Shown here piece by piece: positions 33,869 to 44,938 of a stretch of DNA of 64,000 nucleotides. The notes under the pieces were generated by a model, which saw only the letters and a list, made by a program, of their open reading frames with translations, made no database searches and was not told the origin of the DNA. The position numbers and the translations under genes are program-made. Source of the DNA: an uncultured Planctomycetaceae bacterium. Its GTDB lineage: Bacteria > Planctomycetota > Planctomycetia > Planctomycetales > Planctomycetaceae. Every line of letters begins with the position of its first letter. Positions within the stretch are counted from its first letter, which is position 1. The stretch lies in contig CAWFAK010000017.1 of NCBI GenBank assembly GCA_963813715.1, forward strand, positions 352,001 to 416,000, read 5' to 3'.

Positions 33869-34702
33869 ATGATCGACCATCCCTCCAATACTGGCCAAAG
33901 TCCGGACGTTGACCCCGGGTACCGCCTCGCCGCGCAGGGACGTCGGGATGTTGAGGAGAAACGGCTAGGGCTGCTGGAGCAGCTTTTTGATCCGGACTCG
34001 CGCCAACGGCGGGACTTGGTCCGACCTGGCTGGCGCTGTCTCGAAGTTGGGGCCGGCCGGGGATCGATGGCGGTTTGGCTGGCAGAGAAAGTCGGCGCGA
34101 GCGGCCAGGTTGTGGCGACCGATGTCGATACAACTTATCTCGAGCGACTGAATGTTCCCAACCTCGAAGTGCGGCGACATAACATTCTCGACGACTCGCT
34201 GGAAAGCCTCGGTCGCGGCTCATTCGATCTGGTCAGCTCGCGTCTGATGCTCTTTTGGCTGGCCGGGAGACAAGAGACGGCTATTCGGCGCATGGTGGAA
34301 TGCTTGCGTCCCGGTGGTTGGCTCGTCGACGAGGACGGAGACTGGGGAATGGTCGGGCCGGTTGATCCCACTCATCGACACTACGGCGACGCCTTTAATG
34401 AATGGTGGTCGTCCCGCGGCTATGATCCTACCTTCGGGCGGAAGCTGCCGGCGCTCTTCGAGCGCTGCGGGCTACAGAACATCCGTCACGAGGCAAGTGC
34501 CCAGGTGGTGCGGGGAGGCAGTCCGTGGGCGTGCTGGTGGAAGCAGACTCTGGAGGGGATCCGCGCCAACGAGGATGCGGCGGGCAGTTTGACGAGGGCA
34601 CGAGAACAGGAGTACCAGCAACTGATGGCCCCCTTCACGGACACCTCTGTGTGGTTACTCAGCGAATTGCTCCATGCCTGCTGGGGCCAACGGTTGCAAT
34701 AA
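33869..34702 (+). CDS. Class I SAM-dependent methyltransferase
   Basis: CLEVGAGRGS; VVATDVD; SFDLVSSR; LRPGGWLVDED. Confidence 0.9.
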   Translation: MIDHPSNTGQSPDVDPGYRLAAQGRRDVEEKRLGLLEQLFDPDSRQRRDLVRPGWRCLEVGAGRGSMAVWLAEKVGASGQVVATDVDTTYLERLNVPNLEVRRHNILDDSLESLGRGSFDLVSSRLMLFWLAGRQETAIRRMVECLRPGGWLVDEDGDWGMVGPVDPTHRHYGDAFNEWWSSRGYDPTFGRKLPALFERCGLQNIRHEASAQVVRGGSPWACWWKQTLEGIRANEDAAGSLTRAREQEYQQLMAPFTDTSVWLLSELLHACWGQRLQ

Positions 34703-35099
34703 GTCCTAGATTCCGTGTTCGGAGCAGTAACGTCGAGGATTTCTCGCTGTCCCCGACGAACGATCTGGTGGAGTCGTGCGCTGTTGAGCGGAGACTCAGC
34801 CCCAGCCAGTTTCCGCACTTCGTCGTTCGTCGGTGGTGATCAACGATCGCAGCTTCTCCGGCGGCATATGTTTGCCGCGAACTTTCGGGCATCTAGCTCC
34901 GACGGGATCATTCGACGCCAACAACTCAACCGTTTCCCGGACGTGCGAAAAACGACCCTATTGCGGGAGAAGGCGCTCGTCGTCGTGCGCTTTGTCCGGT
35001 TCCAGACAACTACCGCTCCGGTCTGGTGACGACGGAGTTTCAGAAACTCGTCGTATTCGGGACTGTCCATTTGAGGAACGATTTTCGGAGTTCGTGGAT

Positions 35100-36554
35100 T
35101 CAAAACTCGACCTGGTATTTCTTGGTCATCTTGCGACGGATGTCCCCCAAGCCGTTATTCATGGCTTGCAGGCCGCGGGTGCGGTTTTGGCTGCTGGCGT
35201 TATTCGCCTGGATCTGCATGACCGGATACTGCTGGGCCGAGGAATAACCGCCTCCGTCGTAGTAGTTGCCATACGACGCGATTGCTGCGACTTGATTGGC
35301 GGAATTCGCGCGACCGACGTTTCGACCCTGCTCCGCGGTTTCGCGGAGGGCCTTGGCCGTGTTGGCGCCGAAAGCCAGCAGCTCGTCATCGACGTGCAGA
35401 ATCGGCATGTTATCGATCTTGCGCGCGGTCTTTTCGTACCAGAGGGTCTTGGCATCGGTCGTCAAACCGGTCCGCAGATCATCGAGCAGCTTTTCCAACG
35501 TCTTGAAATAGCGCAGCGACGCGTCCAAGGTGGCCTTCATCGGATCGACCTTGCTTTCCGACTCCTTGGCCAGCGTGCTGAACTTCGAGGTGGGCAGCTC
35601 GAGGAAGCTCGAGATCTGCCTCAATCCCTTTTCGCTCAGCATGCCGCGAAACACGATCGTGTCCCCATCGAAGGAGACCTTCCAGGCCGACATATCCTCG
35701 ATGGGCATCCCCAGACGACTCATCGCCGTCGCGATCAGGTCCTTGGCAATCGGCTTGATGGCGCGAATGCTGGATCCGAAGTCGATCCGCACTTCGGTCA
35801 GCGGCTGGCTCTGGAAGTTGATCGCGACAGTCACTCCCTTAAGACTCGACAGAATTCCGGCCACCACCATCGGACTGATGTTTTTGCCCTCGAGTATGTT
35901 CGTCTCTTTGAGCGCTCGGTCGAGCCGATGCGGCTGCGCCACGTTCGACAAGTCGACGGCCATCACAATCTGGCCTGCGCTGCGGAGCTTTTTCGTCGCC
36001 GCCTTGAGGTAAGGAGAGACTGGCGAGAGCTGCCCGGTTTTTCCCAGATCGATCAACCGCGCGGCGGCCTGCCGATCGTCCGGGTACACGATGCCGAGGA
36101 TTTGGCTGTCCAATTGGATGCAATAGGCGTGGCTGGGCGTCCAGACGACGGGCGTGGAATCGATTGAATCCTGGTAGCCCCCTTCCGCGCGGGCGATGGT
36201 ATTCATCGGAACCGGAGTCGCCAGGTCGACAATCGCGACTTCCCAATTCGAGCGCAGGTTGTTGAGCGGATCGAGATGCGAGGCGAGGATGAATCGCTTG
36301 GCTTCGGGAGGCAACAGGATCGGCTGCTCGCTCCACTTCCGCTCGAACGTCGCCTTCCAGCCCTGTTTGATCGCCATCGGGCTCTCATAAAAGCTGTCGA
36401 CGTCGATCAGGACCAGCGAGTTGGCCCCGCCGGGAACCCGGGCCATCAAATCGTTGAACTGCCCGAATGTCGTCTTCGCGCCGAGGAGCAGAAGAATCGC
36501 ACAGAGCGGAACGCAGACCTTCAAGTGTTGAACGCGCATATCGTCGGCCTTCAA
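35100..36554 (-). CDS. Secreted hypothetical protein
   Basis: 484-aa ORF with signal peptide and coding-like composition; ends RRKMTKKYQVEF. Confidence 0.75.
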   Translation of the reverse strand: MKADDMRVQHLKVCVPLCAILLLLGAKTTFGQFNDLMARVPGGANSLVLIDVDSFYESPMAIKQGWKATFERKWSEQPILLPPEAKRFILASHLDPLNNLRSNWEVAIVDLATPVPMNTIARAEGGYQDSIDSTPVVWTPSHAYCIQLDSQILGIVYPDDRQAAARLIDLGKTGQLSPVSPYLKAATKKLRSAGQIVMAVDLSNVAQPHRLDRALKETNILEGKNISPMVVAGILSSLKGVTVAINFQSQPLTEVRIDFGSSIRAIKPIAKDLIATAMSRLGMPIEDMSAWKVSFDGDTIVFRGMLSEKGLRQISSFLELPTSKFSTLAKESESKVDPMKATLDASLRYFKTLEKLLDDLRTGLTTDAKTLWYEKTARKIDNMPILHVDDELLAFGANTAKALRETAEQGRNVGRANSANQVAAIASYGNYYDGGGYSSAQQYPVMQIQANNASSQNRTRGLQAMNNGLGDIRRKMTKKYQVEF

Positions 36555-36672
36555 ATCAAGGAGTGGTGTCGCAAAGGAAATGGAGGAGCCGGTCTGTGTC
36601 GGAATTTGATTCTAATCCCGAAAAACCTCCGAAGGAACGAGCAGCGGCCGATGGTTCTGCGGCCGCCGCCGG

Positions 36673-37302
36673 CTAGCGGCGTTTCTCGAATTCACCGCGG
36701 GTCTGGTCGCTGATGAAGTAGTACGTTTTGCCGCCCTGCTCGAGCTTCGATTGGGCAAACACCTTCGGAAACCGGACGTTGGCCACCGGGTCCGTGACCA
36801 TGTGATCCCGGTTGTATTCATCGGTGAAGTGGATCGTGGCGTAGGTCTGCGCGAACTCGATGAGTCGATCATCGAGCCAGGCTTCGACGGTTGGCCGATC
36901 CACCTTGTCGAGCGGGATCTGCAGCTCGGCATGCTGATTGTACTTGACGAATATCGGCAAGATTTCCAGATCGTAGGTGAGCACAAGATTGTGGATATCG
37001 GTGTCGTGGGAAGCCGAGAGGCGCAGCCGCACGCGGGCGACCGGCGTCTGAAAATTGAGCAGAACGCTCTTGCCGTCGGCGTCTTCGATCGGATGCCCGT
37101 CGAATTTGCAGTGCTCGCCAAGCTTTTCGAGGCGCACCTGCGCCACTCCCCGCAGGTCCTCCATCACGCGACGAAAGGTCTGATAGCGTTCGGTGCGCGA
37201 CTGGTATGCTTGTTGAATTTCGCTCTGCTTTTGCTCGACCTTTGTCCGGGCTGCGGCCACTTGTTCGTCGAGCCGTTTCAAAAACGTGCTGAGGTCGGCC
37301 AT
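36673..37302 (-). CDS. YHS domain protein with N-terminal coiled coil
   Basis: C-terminal MVTDPVANVRFPK...GGKTYYFISDQTRGEF. Confidence 0.82.
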   Translation of the reverse strand: MADLSTFLKRLDEQVAAARTKVEQKQSEIQQAYQSRTERYQTFRRVMEDLRGVAQVRLEKLGEHCKFDGHPIEDADGKSVLLNFQTPVARVRLRLSASHDTDIHNLVLTYDLEILPIFVKYNQHAELQIPLDKVDRPTVEAWLDDRLIEFAQTYATIHFTDEYNRDHMVTDPVANVRFPKVFAQSKLEQGGKTYYFISDQTRGEFEKRR

Positions 37303-37328
37303 GGTAGTTCTCCCTAGGCCCGCGTCGG

Positions 37329-38150
37329 TCAAAAAGGTTCGGGAATGTACTTGAACGGGTACTCGGGCTCGCGATAGTCCTTGGCTTTCTGCCGTTTGGG
37401 CAGCTCGACCTTGTCGCGCGGAGCTTTTTCGTAAGGGATGTGACTGAGAAGATGTTTGATGATGTTCAGCCGGGCCCGCTTCTTGTCGTCGGAACGGACG
37501 ACGAACCAGGGCGCCCAGGGTGTGTCGGTCGCGGCGAACATGCCGTCTCGCGCCCGCGAATAGTCGAACCAGCGGCTGTACGATTCGAGATCCATCGGCG
37601 AGAGCTTCCAGGTTTTTCGCCCGTCCTGGATCCGCGCTTCGAGCCGCCGCGTCTGCTCCTCGGGACTGACCTCCAGCCAGTATTTGAGTAGCACGATTCC
37701 GGAGTCGACCATCGCTTTCTCGACGAGAGGCGTGATCTTTAGGAACCGCTCGACCTGCTCCTCGGGACAGAATCCCATCACCCGCTCGACCCCGGCGCGG
37801 TTGTACCAGCTGCGATCGAAGATCACGACTTCGCCGCCGGCCGGAAAGTGCGGCACGTAGCGCTGCAGGTACATCTGCGATTTTTCACGCTCGGTCGGAG
37901 CTGGTAAGGCCACCACACGGAAGACGCGCGGGCTCACTCTCTCCGTGATGGCCTTGATCGTGCCTCCCTTTCCGGCGCCGTCACGCCCTTCGAAAACGAT
38001 GCAGACCTTGAGGCCTTTGTGTTTGACCCATTCTTGGAGCGTGACGAGTTCGACGTGAAGCTGCTTGAGCTGCCGCAGGTACTCCTTGCCTTTGAGCTTC
38101 TCTGGCTTGGCTGAGTCAGCCTGCCGTTTGTCGTTGTGTCCCATGGTCAC
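37329..38150 (-). CDS. ppk2: Polyphosphate kinase 2
   Basis: FEGRDGAGKGGTIK (Walker A); FDRSWYNRAGVERVMGFC; WKLSPMD; DDKKRARLN. Confidence 0.95.
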   Translation of the reverse strand: MTMGHNDKRQADSAKPEKLKGKEYLRQLKQLHVELVTLQEWVKHKGLKVCIVFEGRDGAGKGGTIKAITERVSPRVFRVVALPAPTEREKSQMYLQRYVPHFPAGGEVVIFDRSWYNRAGVERVMGFCPEEQVERFLKITPLVEKAMVDSGIVLLKYWLEVSPEEQTRRLEARIQDGRKTWKLSPMDLESYSRWFDYSRARDGMFAATDTPWAPWFVVRSDDKKRARLNIIKHLLSHIPYEKAPRDKVELPKRQKAKDYREPEYPFKYIPEPF

Positions 38151-38611
38151 GACCTATGGCTTAGGTTCTTACATCACCACTCGGCTTTCGCCGTTGAAAG
38201 CGATGCGACTTCCGGGATGCGAGCGGACGGAAGCAGTGAAACCCACGCTTCAAGACGGGGAATCGCGGGGTCTGACTTTGGCTGCCGCCGACCGGAACTT
38301 TTCTTTTTTCAGGAAACTCAATTATTTGACGTGCGAATCACATTGCGAGGTCTTAATATACAGCAACCCTTCTGCAACTTCCTCAAATTTCGTCCGAAGG
38401 ACGGAGTTTTGGGACTCGCGCCGATCCACTCGACAGAGCTCACGGAGTTCGAGACTCGTCGACTGCACGTGTCGCTGAGACCGAGCGCGATTCTTCGGTG
38501 AGAAAGAGTTGCGGTTTTCGGTCGCGTTTGCTTGCGGGACTGAAGCGGCATTTGCTCGCTGACATTTGCGTTCTGGGCCGAACGGACTTTTGCTTACGGG
38601 ACCGACCGCAC

Positions 38612-39844
38612 ATGAAACGGCGCGAAATCAACGTGGCGTGGTGCTTGTTGTTTCCCGCACTGCTGGCGCTCGTCGGCTGCGATCAGTCGCAGGCCGATTC
38701 CGCAGCGCAGCCCACACCGACGGTTGTCGTCGTCAGCCCTCCGGTCGAGGAATCCGTCGTCGACTCGGTCGACTACACGGGGCGAACCGATTCGGCGGAA
38801 ACCGTCGAGATTCGGGCTCGTGTGACGGGTTTCCTCAACGCGGTCCTCTTCAAGGACGGGGACGAGGTCCAAAAGGGCCAGCCGCTCTATGAGATCGACG
38901 ACCGCGAGTTTCAGGCCGACCTGGCCGCGGCCAAAGCCCAGCGCGACACGGCCCTGGCTCATCAAGAAAAAGTGACTCTCGACTTTAATCGTGCCGAGGC
39001 CCTGAAGACAAAAGGCGCCATCACCGCTGCCCAGTACGACCAGGCGCTTGCCGACAAGAAGGAGGCGGACGCTCAGGTCGAGTCGGCCAAGGCCAAAATG
39101 GATCGTGCGCAGCTCAACGTCGATTTCTCGAAGATCGCGGCGCCGATTAGTGGAAAGATCAGCCGCAGTGACTTGACCGTCGGGAACCTGGTCGACGCCA
39201 ACAAAACCGTGCTGACGACGATCGTCTCGGTCGATCCGATCGACGTCTATTTCGACGTCGACGAGCGGACCTTTTTGACCCTCATGCAGCAGGTCCGGGA
39301 AGGCAAACTCGAGGGGGGAAAGGAACAGGTGATCCCGGTCTATTTGGGGCTCACGACGGACAAAGGTTACCCGTTCAAAGGGAGAATCGACTTCGTCGAA
39401 AATCGGGTCAATCCGGCGACAGGCACGATCCGCACGCGGGGGACCTTTCCCAATCCCAAGCCCCCGGTGGGACGGCGCGTCTTGGAAGCCGGCCTGTTCG
39501 CGCGGATTCGCGTCCCCATCGGCCAGCCCAAGCCGACATTGCTCGTTGCGGACCGTGCGATCGGCACGGACCAGGCACGCAAGTTCGTGTACGTCGTCAA
39601 CGACAAGAACGAAGTTGTCTTCCGACCGGTGCAGCTCGGCCCGATGCACGAGGGACTGCGGGCGATTAGCGAAGGCCTAGCCGCCGGCGAGCGGGTGATT
39701 ATCGACGGGCTGCAACGGGTGCGCCCCGGAGTGATTGTCGCCCCGACTCTCGGAGACATGCGCAGCCGACCGGGAGAGTCCATCGCCGCCCGGAAGAATC
39801 AAGATCGGGAAGAGGCGAAAGACTCGTCGGGCAGTCGCCACTAG
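38612..39844 (+). CDS. RND efflux periplasmic adaptor (MFP) 2
   Basis: ALVGC lipobox; VEIRARVTGFL; IAAPISGKISR; ENRVNPATGT. Confidence 0.93.
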   Translation: MKRREINVAWCLLFPALLALVGCDQSQADSAAQPTPTVVVVSPPVEESVVDSVDYTGRTDSAETVEIRARVTGFLNAVLFKDGDEVQKGQPLYEIDDREFQADLAAAKAQRDTALAHQEKVTLDFNRAEALKTKGAITAAQYDQALADKKEADAQVESAKAKMDRAQLNVDFSKIAAPISGKISRSDLTVGNLVDANKTVLTTIVSVDPIDVYFDVDERTFLTLMQQVREGKLEGGKEQVIPVYLGLTTDKGYPFKGRIDFVENRVNPATGTIRTRGTFPNPKPPVGRRVLEAGLFARIRVPIGQPKPTLLVADRAIGTDQARKFVYVVNDKNEVVFRPVQLGPMHEGLRAISEGLAAGERVIIDGLQRVRPGVIVAPTLGDMRSRPGESIAARKNQDREEAKDSSGSRH

Positions 39845-39881
39845 CAACGCAGCTCGGAAAACAGCAGGGACGGTCGCAGCA

Positions 39882-42800
39882 ATGGCTCGGTTCTTCATCG
39901 ATCGACCTGTCCTCGGCGTGGTGATCTCCGCCGTGATTCTGTTGGCCGGTCTCGCGGCGGTGAAGACGCTGCCGATCGCCCAATACCCCGAGATCACACC
40001 GCCGACCGTGCAGGTGTCCTGCACGTACCCCGGTGCGAGTGCGAAAGTCGTTCGCGATACCGTCGCCGCTCCGATCGAACAGCAGGTCAACGGCGTCGAG
40101 CACATGCTCTACATGTCGTCACAGTCGACTAACGACGGTGGCTACAACCTGACGGTGACGTTCCAGCTCGGCACCAATCTCGACATGGCCCAGGTGCTGG
40201 TGCAGAATCGCGTTGCCCTGGCGATGCCGCAGCTTCCCGAGGCGGTGAAGGCGACTGGCGTTTCCACCAAAAAGAAGTCGCCGAGCATCCTGCTCGTGGT
40301 GAACTTCACGTCCGGCGAGGATCCCAAGACTCACAAGCCGCTGTTCAGCCAGCTTGAGCTGAGCAACTTCGCCACGATCAAAATCCGCGACGATTTGGCG
40401 CGGCTCGACGGCGTGGGGGACGTGGCCTACATGGGCCAGCAGGACTACAGCATGCGGGTCTGGCTGAATCCCGAAAAGCTGGCGACGAGAAACCTCACGG
40501 CAGGCGACATTGTCAACGCGCTCAAAGAGCAAAACGTCCAAGTGGCTGCTGGGCAAATTGGGCAGCAACCCGTCCCGGCGGGGCAGGATTTCCAGTACAC
40601 CCTGAGCACGTTGGGGCGACTCGTCGACCCGCAGGAGTTCGAACAAATCGTCGTGAAGGCGGGCCCCACGGGCCAGGTCGTTCGCCTCAAGGACGTTGCG
40701 GACATCCAGCTGGGGGCCAAGAACCAGGACACGCGCTGCACGCTCGATGGGAATCCGTCAATCGGCCTGGTGCTCTACCAGTTGCCCGGCTCGAATGCGA
40801 TCGACACGGCCAAGAGCATCCGCGCAAAGATGAAGGAACTCGCGGAGGTCCGTTTCCCGCAGGGCATGCATTACGACATCGTCTACGACACGACTCCCTT
40901 CATCCAAGAGTCGGTCTCCGAAGTCTTTCACGCGCTGCGCGATGCGGTGATTCTGGTGGCCATCGTCGTGCTCCTCTTCCTGCAGGACTGGAAGGCGATG
41001 ATCCTGCCGATGATCGACGTGCCCGTGTCGCTCGTCGGCACGTTCGCGGTCATGTATTTGATGGGATTCACGCTGAATAATCTGACCCTCTTCGGCCTGG
41101 TCCTGGCGATCGGAATCGTGGTCGACGACGCGATCGTGGTGCTCGAGGCGGTCGAGACCAAGCTCGCGAAGGGCCTCGATCGCGCACGGCGACGATCGAG
41201 GCGATGGGCGAAATCACCGGTGCGATCATCGCCATTACGCTCGTCTTGTGTTCGGTCTTCCTTCCGAGCGCACTCATCGGCGGGATCAGCGGCCAGTTCT
41301 ATCGGCAATTTGCGTTGACGATCGCCGCGTCGATGGTCATCTCTGCGATCAACGCCATGACCATGACGCCGTCACGGGCTGTCCTGATCTTTCAGAACGC
41401 CCATCACGGCGGCGAAGGTCATGAGGACACCCGCGAAGCACTGCCGTGGTGGGGCTATGCGGCCCTCCTGGGATGGGCCGGCGCCGAGCTTCTCTGGAGC
41501 CGGGCATTGCCCGTCTTGAGTTTGAATACGGAGGGAGACGCGGGGTGGAAGGCCTGGCTCATTTGGCTGGCGTTGTGGATTCCCGGCATCGTTCTCGGGA
41601 CTCTGATCGCGAAGCCCGTGAACCGCATCCTGTCGCGATTCTTTAAGTTGTTCAATCGAGGCTTTGACGCCGTCGCTCACGGGTATGGTCACGTCGTGGG
41701 AGGGAGCCTGCGGATCTCCGTGATCGTGCTGTTGATCTACGGAGGACTGATTGGGCTGACGTACTTCGGCATGACACACATTCCGACCGGATTCATTCCG
41801 GCGCAGGACAAGGGTTACTTGATCGTCGACGTGCAATTGCCCGATTCGGCCTCGCTCGAGCGAACGATCGCCTGCTTGAAGCGCGTGGAAGATAGGGCGC
41901 GAGACACGAAAGGCGTGATTCACACGATCGGAATTCCCGGGCAATCGTTCGTGCTGAATGCCGTGGGATCAAACCTGGGTTCGATGTTCATCATTCTCGA
42001 CGAGTTCGACCATCGGCACGACCACTCGCTGAGCTCGGGCGAGATCGGCCGCCAGCTGCAGAAGGAGTTTTATGCCGACATCGTCGAGGCGCAGGTCGCC
42101 GTCTTCGGTGCGCCGGCGGTCGACGGCTTGGGCAACGCCGGCGGATTCAAATTGATGGTCGAAGATCTCGAGGACCTGCCGCTGGATACGTTGCAGGGAC
42201 AGTCGGAGACCGTAGCCGACAAGGGGAGCAAACTCCCCGGCATCGCCGGCCTGTTCAGCAGTTTCCGCGCGAACGCCCCGCAGCTCTATATCGACATCGA
42301 CCGCACCAAATGCAAGACGATGAACGTCTCGCTCAACGATGTCTTCAACACATTGCAGGTCTTCCTCGGCGGGTATTACGCCAACGACTTCAACCAGTTT
42401 GGACGGACCTGGCAGGTCAACCTTCAGGCGGATGCGCCGTTCCGGCTCAAGGCCGAAGATGTGCGGCAGCTCAAGGTCCGCAATGCGGCCGGCGAGATGC
42501 TGCCGCTGGGAACGGTCGCCACGATCGAGGACATCGGTGGTCCGACGATGATCACGCGCTACAACATGCACACGGCCGCCGCGCTCAACGGGGCCTCCCT
42601 GCCGGGGGTGAGTTCTGGCACCGTGATCTCGAAAATCGGCGGCCTCGCGAAAGAGGAATTGCCCAAGAGCATGACCTACGAGTGGACCGAGCTCACCTAC
42701 CTGCAGCTGTTGGAGGGGTACGCGGCTTACTACGCCTTTGCCGGCGCTGTGGTTCTGGTCTATCTCGTGCTGGCGGCTCAGTATGAGAATTACTCGCTGC

Positions 42801-43297
42801 CCCTGGCGATCATCCTCGTGGTGCCGATGTGCTTGCTCGCCTCGCTCGCCGGTGTGTGGATTGTCAAATCGGACATCAATATCTTCGTCCAGGTGGGCTT
42901 CATCGTTTTGGTGGGTTTGGCGACGAAAAACGCGATTCTGATCGTCGTGTTCGCGAAGGCCAATCAAGACGGCGGGCAGTCGCGATTCGACGCAACCGTC
43001 GCCGCCTGCCGAAGCCGCCTGCGCCCGATCATCATGACGTCGTTCGCATTCATTTTGGGAGTCGTGCCGTTGATGGTCGCGCACGGCGCGGGAGCAGAAA
43101 TGCGGCGCGCACTCGGCACAGCAGTCTTTTCCGGCATGCTCGGAGTCACGCTGTTCGGCATCTTTCTGACGCCCGTCTTCTACTATGTCGTGGAGTGGTT
43201 CGGGCAAACCGACCCGCCGCGAACCGCAACGGGAGAGCCGACGCTTGGGTTAGGCGGCCATCCTGTCCAACCTGAGCCGACAAGTGTCAACGGCTAA
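39882..43297 (+). CDS. RND (HAE1) efflux permease 3 (frameshift near 41185)
   Basis: [42 protein letters not shown]. Confidence 0.93.
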
Positions 43298-43452
43298 GGT
43301 GGTGCGCCCGATGCGCATGCGGTCGCCGAATGGGGCATGTGCTTGGGACGAACTCCCGCAGCAAGTTCCCGAAAAGAGCTGTGTCCTTTTTTGTCGACAA
43401 TCCCAAACGGAAATGGCAACGTGGCAGCTCGCCCTCCGTTTGGCGGCGTCGC

Positions 43453-43512
43453 CTTATTTCTGCATGCTTTCCATCCAGGAATAGCGCAGGACGACTTCCG
43501 GGTCGTCGCCGG
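43453..43512 (-). repeat. Orphan copy of the 3' end of the serine hydrolase gene (direct repeat of 48694-48753)
   Basis: 56/60 identical; encodes GDDPEVVLRYSWMESMQK* versus GDDPEVVLRHAWMESMQE* in the gene. Confidence 0.9.
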
Positions 43513-44314
43513 GCCTGAGCCTCGGGGTCGAAGACGGTCGAGTCGGGTGAGGGCGATTCGCTGGTTTTTCTCGATGAAACATCGTGTCCCGTCCCAATCC
43601 CGGCGTCCCGTCCCGTCCCGATCCGGGTGTCCGGTCCCAGTTCTTGACCCTCTCCCAGTCCGCTGGACTTCGGCGAGCTCCCTTCGGGTCTGAGCCTCAG
43701 GGTCGAAGACAGTCGAGTCGGAGAGGGGCGGGGTGAGGGCTATTCGCTAGCTTTTCGCGATAAAACATCGTGTCCCGTCCCAGTCCGGCGTCGCGTCGAG
43801 CGGCTGCGGAGGGAAGATCGGCCTCCCGGGCTTTCCGTGACTTTGGACCTTGGACTAGAAAGGGTGGGTCCTGTCCCTAGTGAAACAAAGTGTCCCGACC
43901 CATCGGCCAATTTCTTTCCGCCGCACACATTCGTCGAGCTTTTCTCGATAAAACAACCTGTCCCGTCCCGGCGTTGGTCCAAAGTACCGCGGTCCAATGT
44001 CCAAGGGTCAAGATTGCGAGCCTCTGATCTTCGACCTTGGACCTTGGACACTTCTCGCGTCCCGTCCCGCTCTTTCCCCTCGCCCCTTCCGTTTCGGATG
44101 GACGTCGGCGAGCTCAGTCGAGCCAGACAGGGTCGGGGTGAGGGGCGAATTCCTCGGGACTTCTCGGCGAAACAATGTGTCCCGTCCCGCGTCCCGATTG
44201 TCCTCGACCTTGGACCTTGGACTCCCGCGTGTCCCGTCCCGTGCCGGCATCCCGTGGTCAACTATCTCAGTGGTCAACTACCTGGTGAAACTCCTGGTGA
44301 AACTAGGTGACCAC
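43511..44314. repeat. Composite field of short repeats (REP-like hairpins, TGTCCCGTCCC units, GACCTTG heptamers, 11-12 bp tandem repeats)
   Basis: AAACA-N3-TGTCCCG(T/A)CCC near 43577, 43763, 43883, 43951 and 44170. Heptamer runs near 43840, 44033 and 44206. Nested hairpins at 43648-43740. Confidence 0.8.
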
Positions 44315-44938
44315 ACCACACCCCCTTGGGATGAAATTTCGTTAACCGCGCGTCGACCGGCGTGGTCGCCTCGGCGGATTCCGACGCCTGCGCACGGCAG
44401 CTGTCGACACCCTAGAAGCGCGCGCAACCAGACGCTCGCTCACAGAGCCGCTCTCTCCATTCAGCCACAAAAACGCGATTCCTCCAAGATCAATTTGCTG
44501 GAAATTCCTCGCCGCCCGCGGCTTCGATCCTCGCCTTGCACCCTCGACAGCTTCCTCGAGCGAAGGCCCGAGAGCGTGAAGGCGGCCATCGCCACTCCGG
44601 TTTTGGAGTGGCACGACCCGGCGCTATCGTGGCACCGCGTGCACCTGAACGCCGCCGGCGTCGAGACCATGCGAGGAGACGTCGATTTGCAAACCCCATC
44701 AAACGGTGATAGTGATTCTGGTGGAAGCAAAGGGCGCGTCCGTTGGGACAACACTCGAACGTGCGGGCAGTTGGGTCTGCCTGATGTCTCGGGAAAATGG
44801 CGCCGGCTTTCACTCCGCATTTTTCGGCCCGATGCCGTTTGCCATCGCCGCTCCAGAACCGGCACTGTGCACGCTGTTCGTCGCAACCGCGCCGGGCACG
44901 CAGTGGCCGAAGGGCGAGAAGGACGTCGAGTCTGCGCG

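Noticed and set aside
34840..35103. 87-aa ORF after the secreted protein
   Set aside because: No motifs and an ambiguous frame; cannot be supported.
43453..43512. 60 bp repeat as a DGR TR/VR pair
   Set aside because: The four mismatches are not confined to adenines on either strand, and there is no RT.
43511..44314. CRISPR array
   Set aside because: The repeats are short and degenerate, the spacers are irregular and repetitive, and there are no cas genes.
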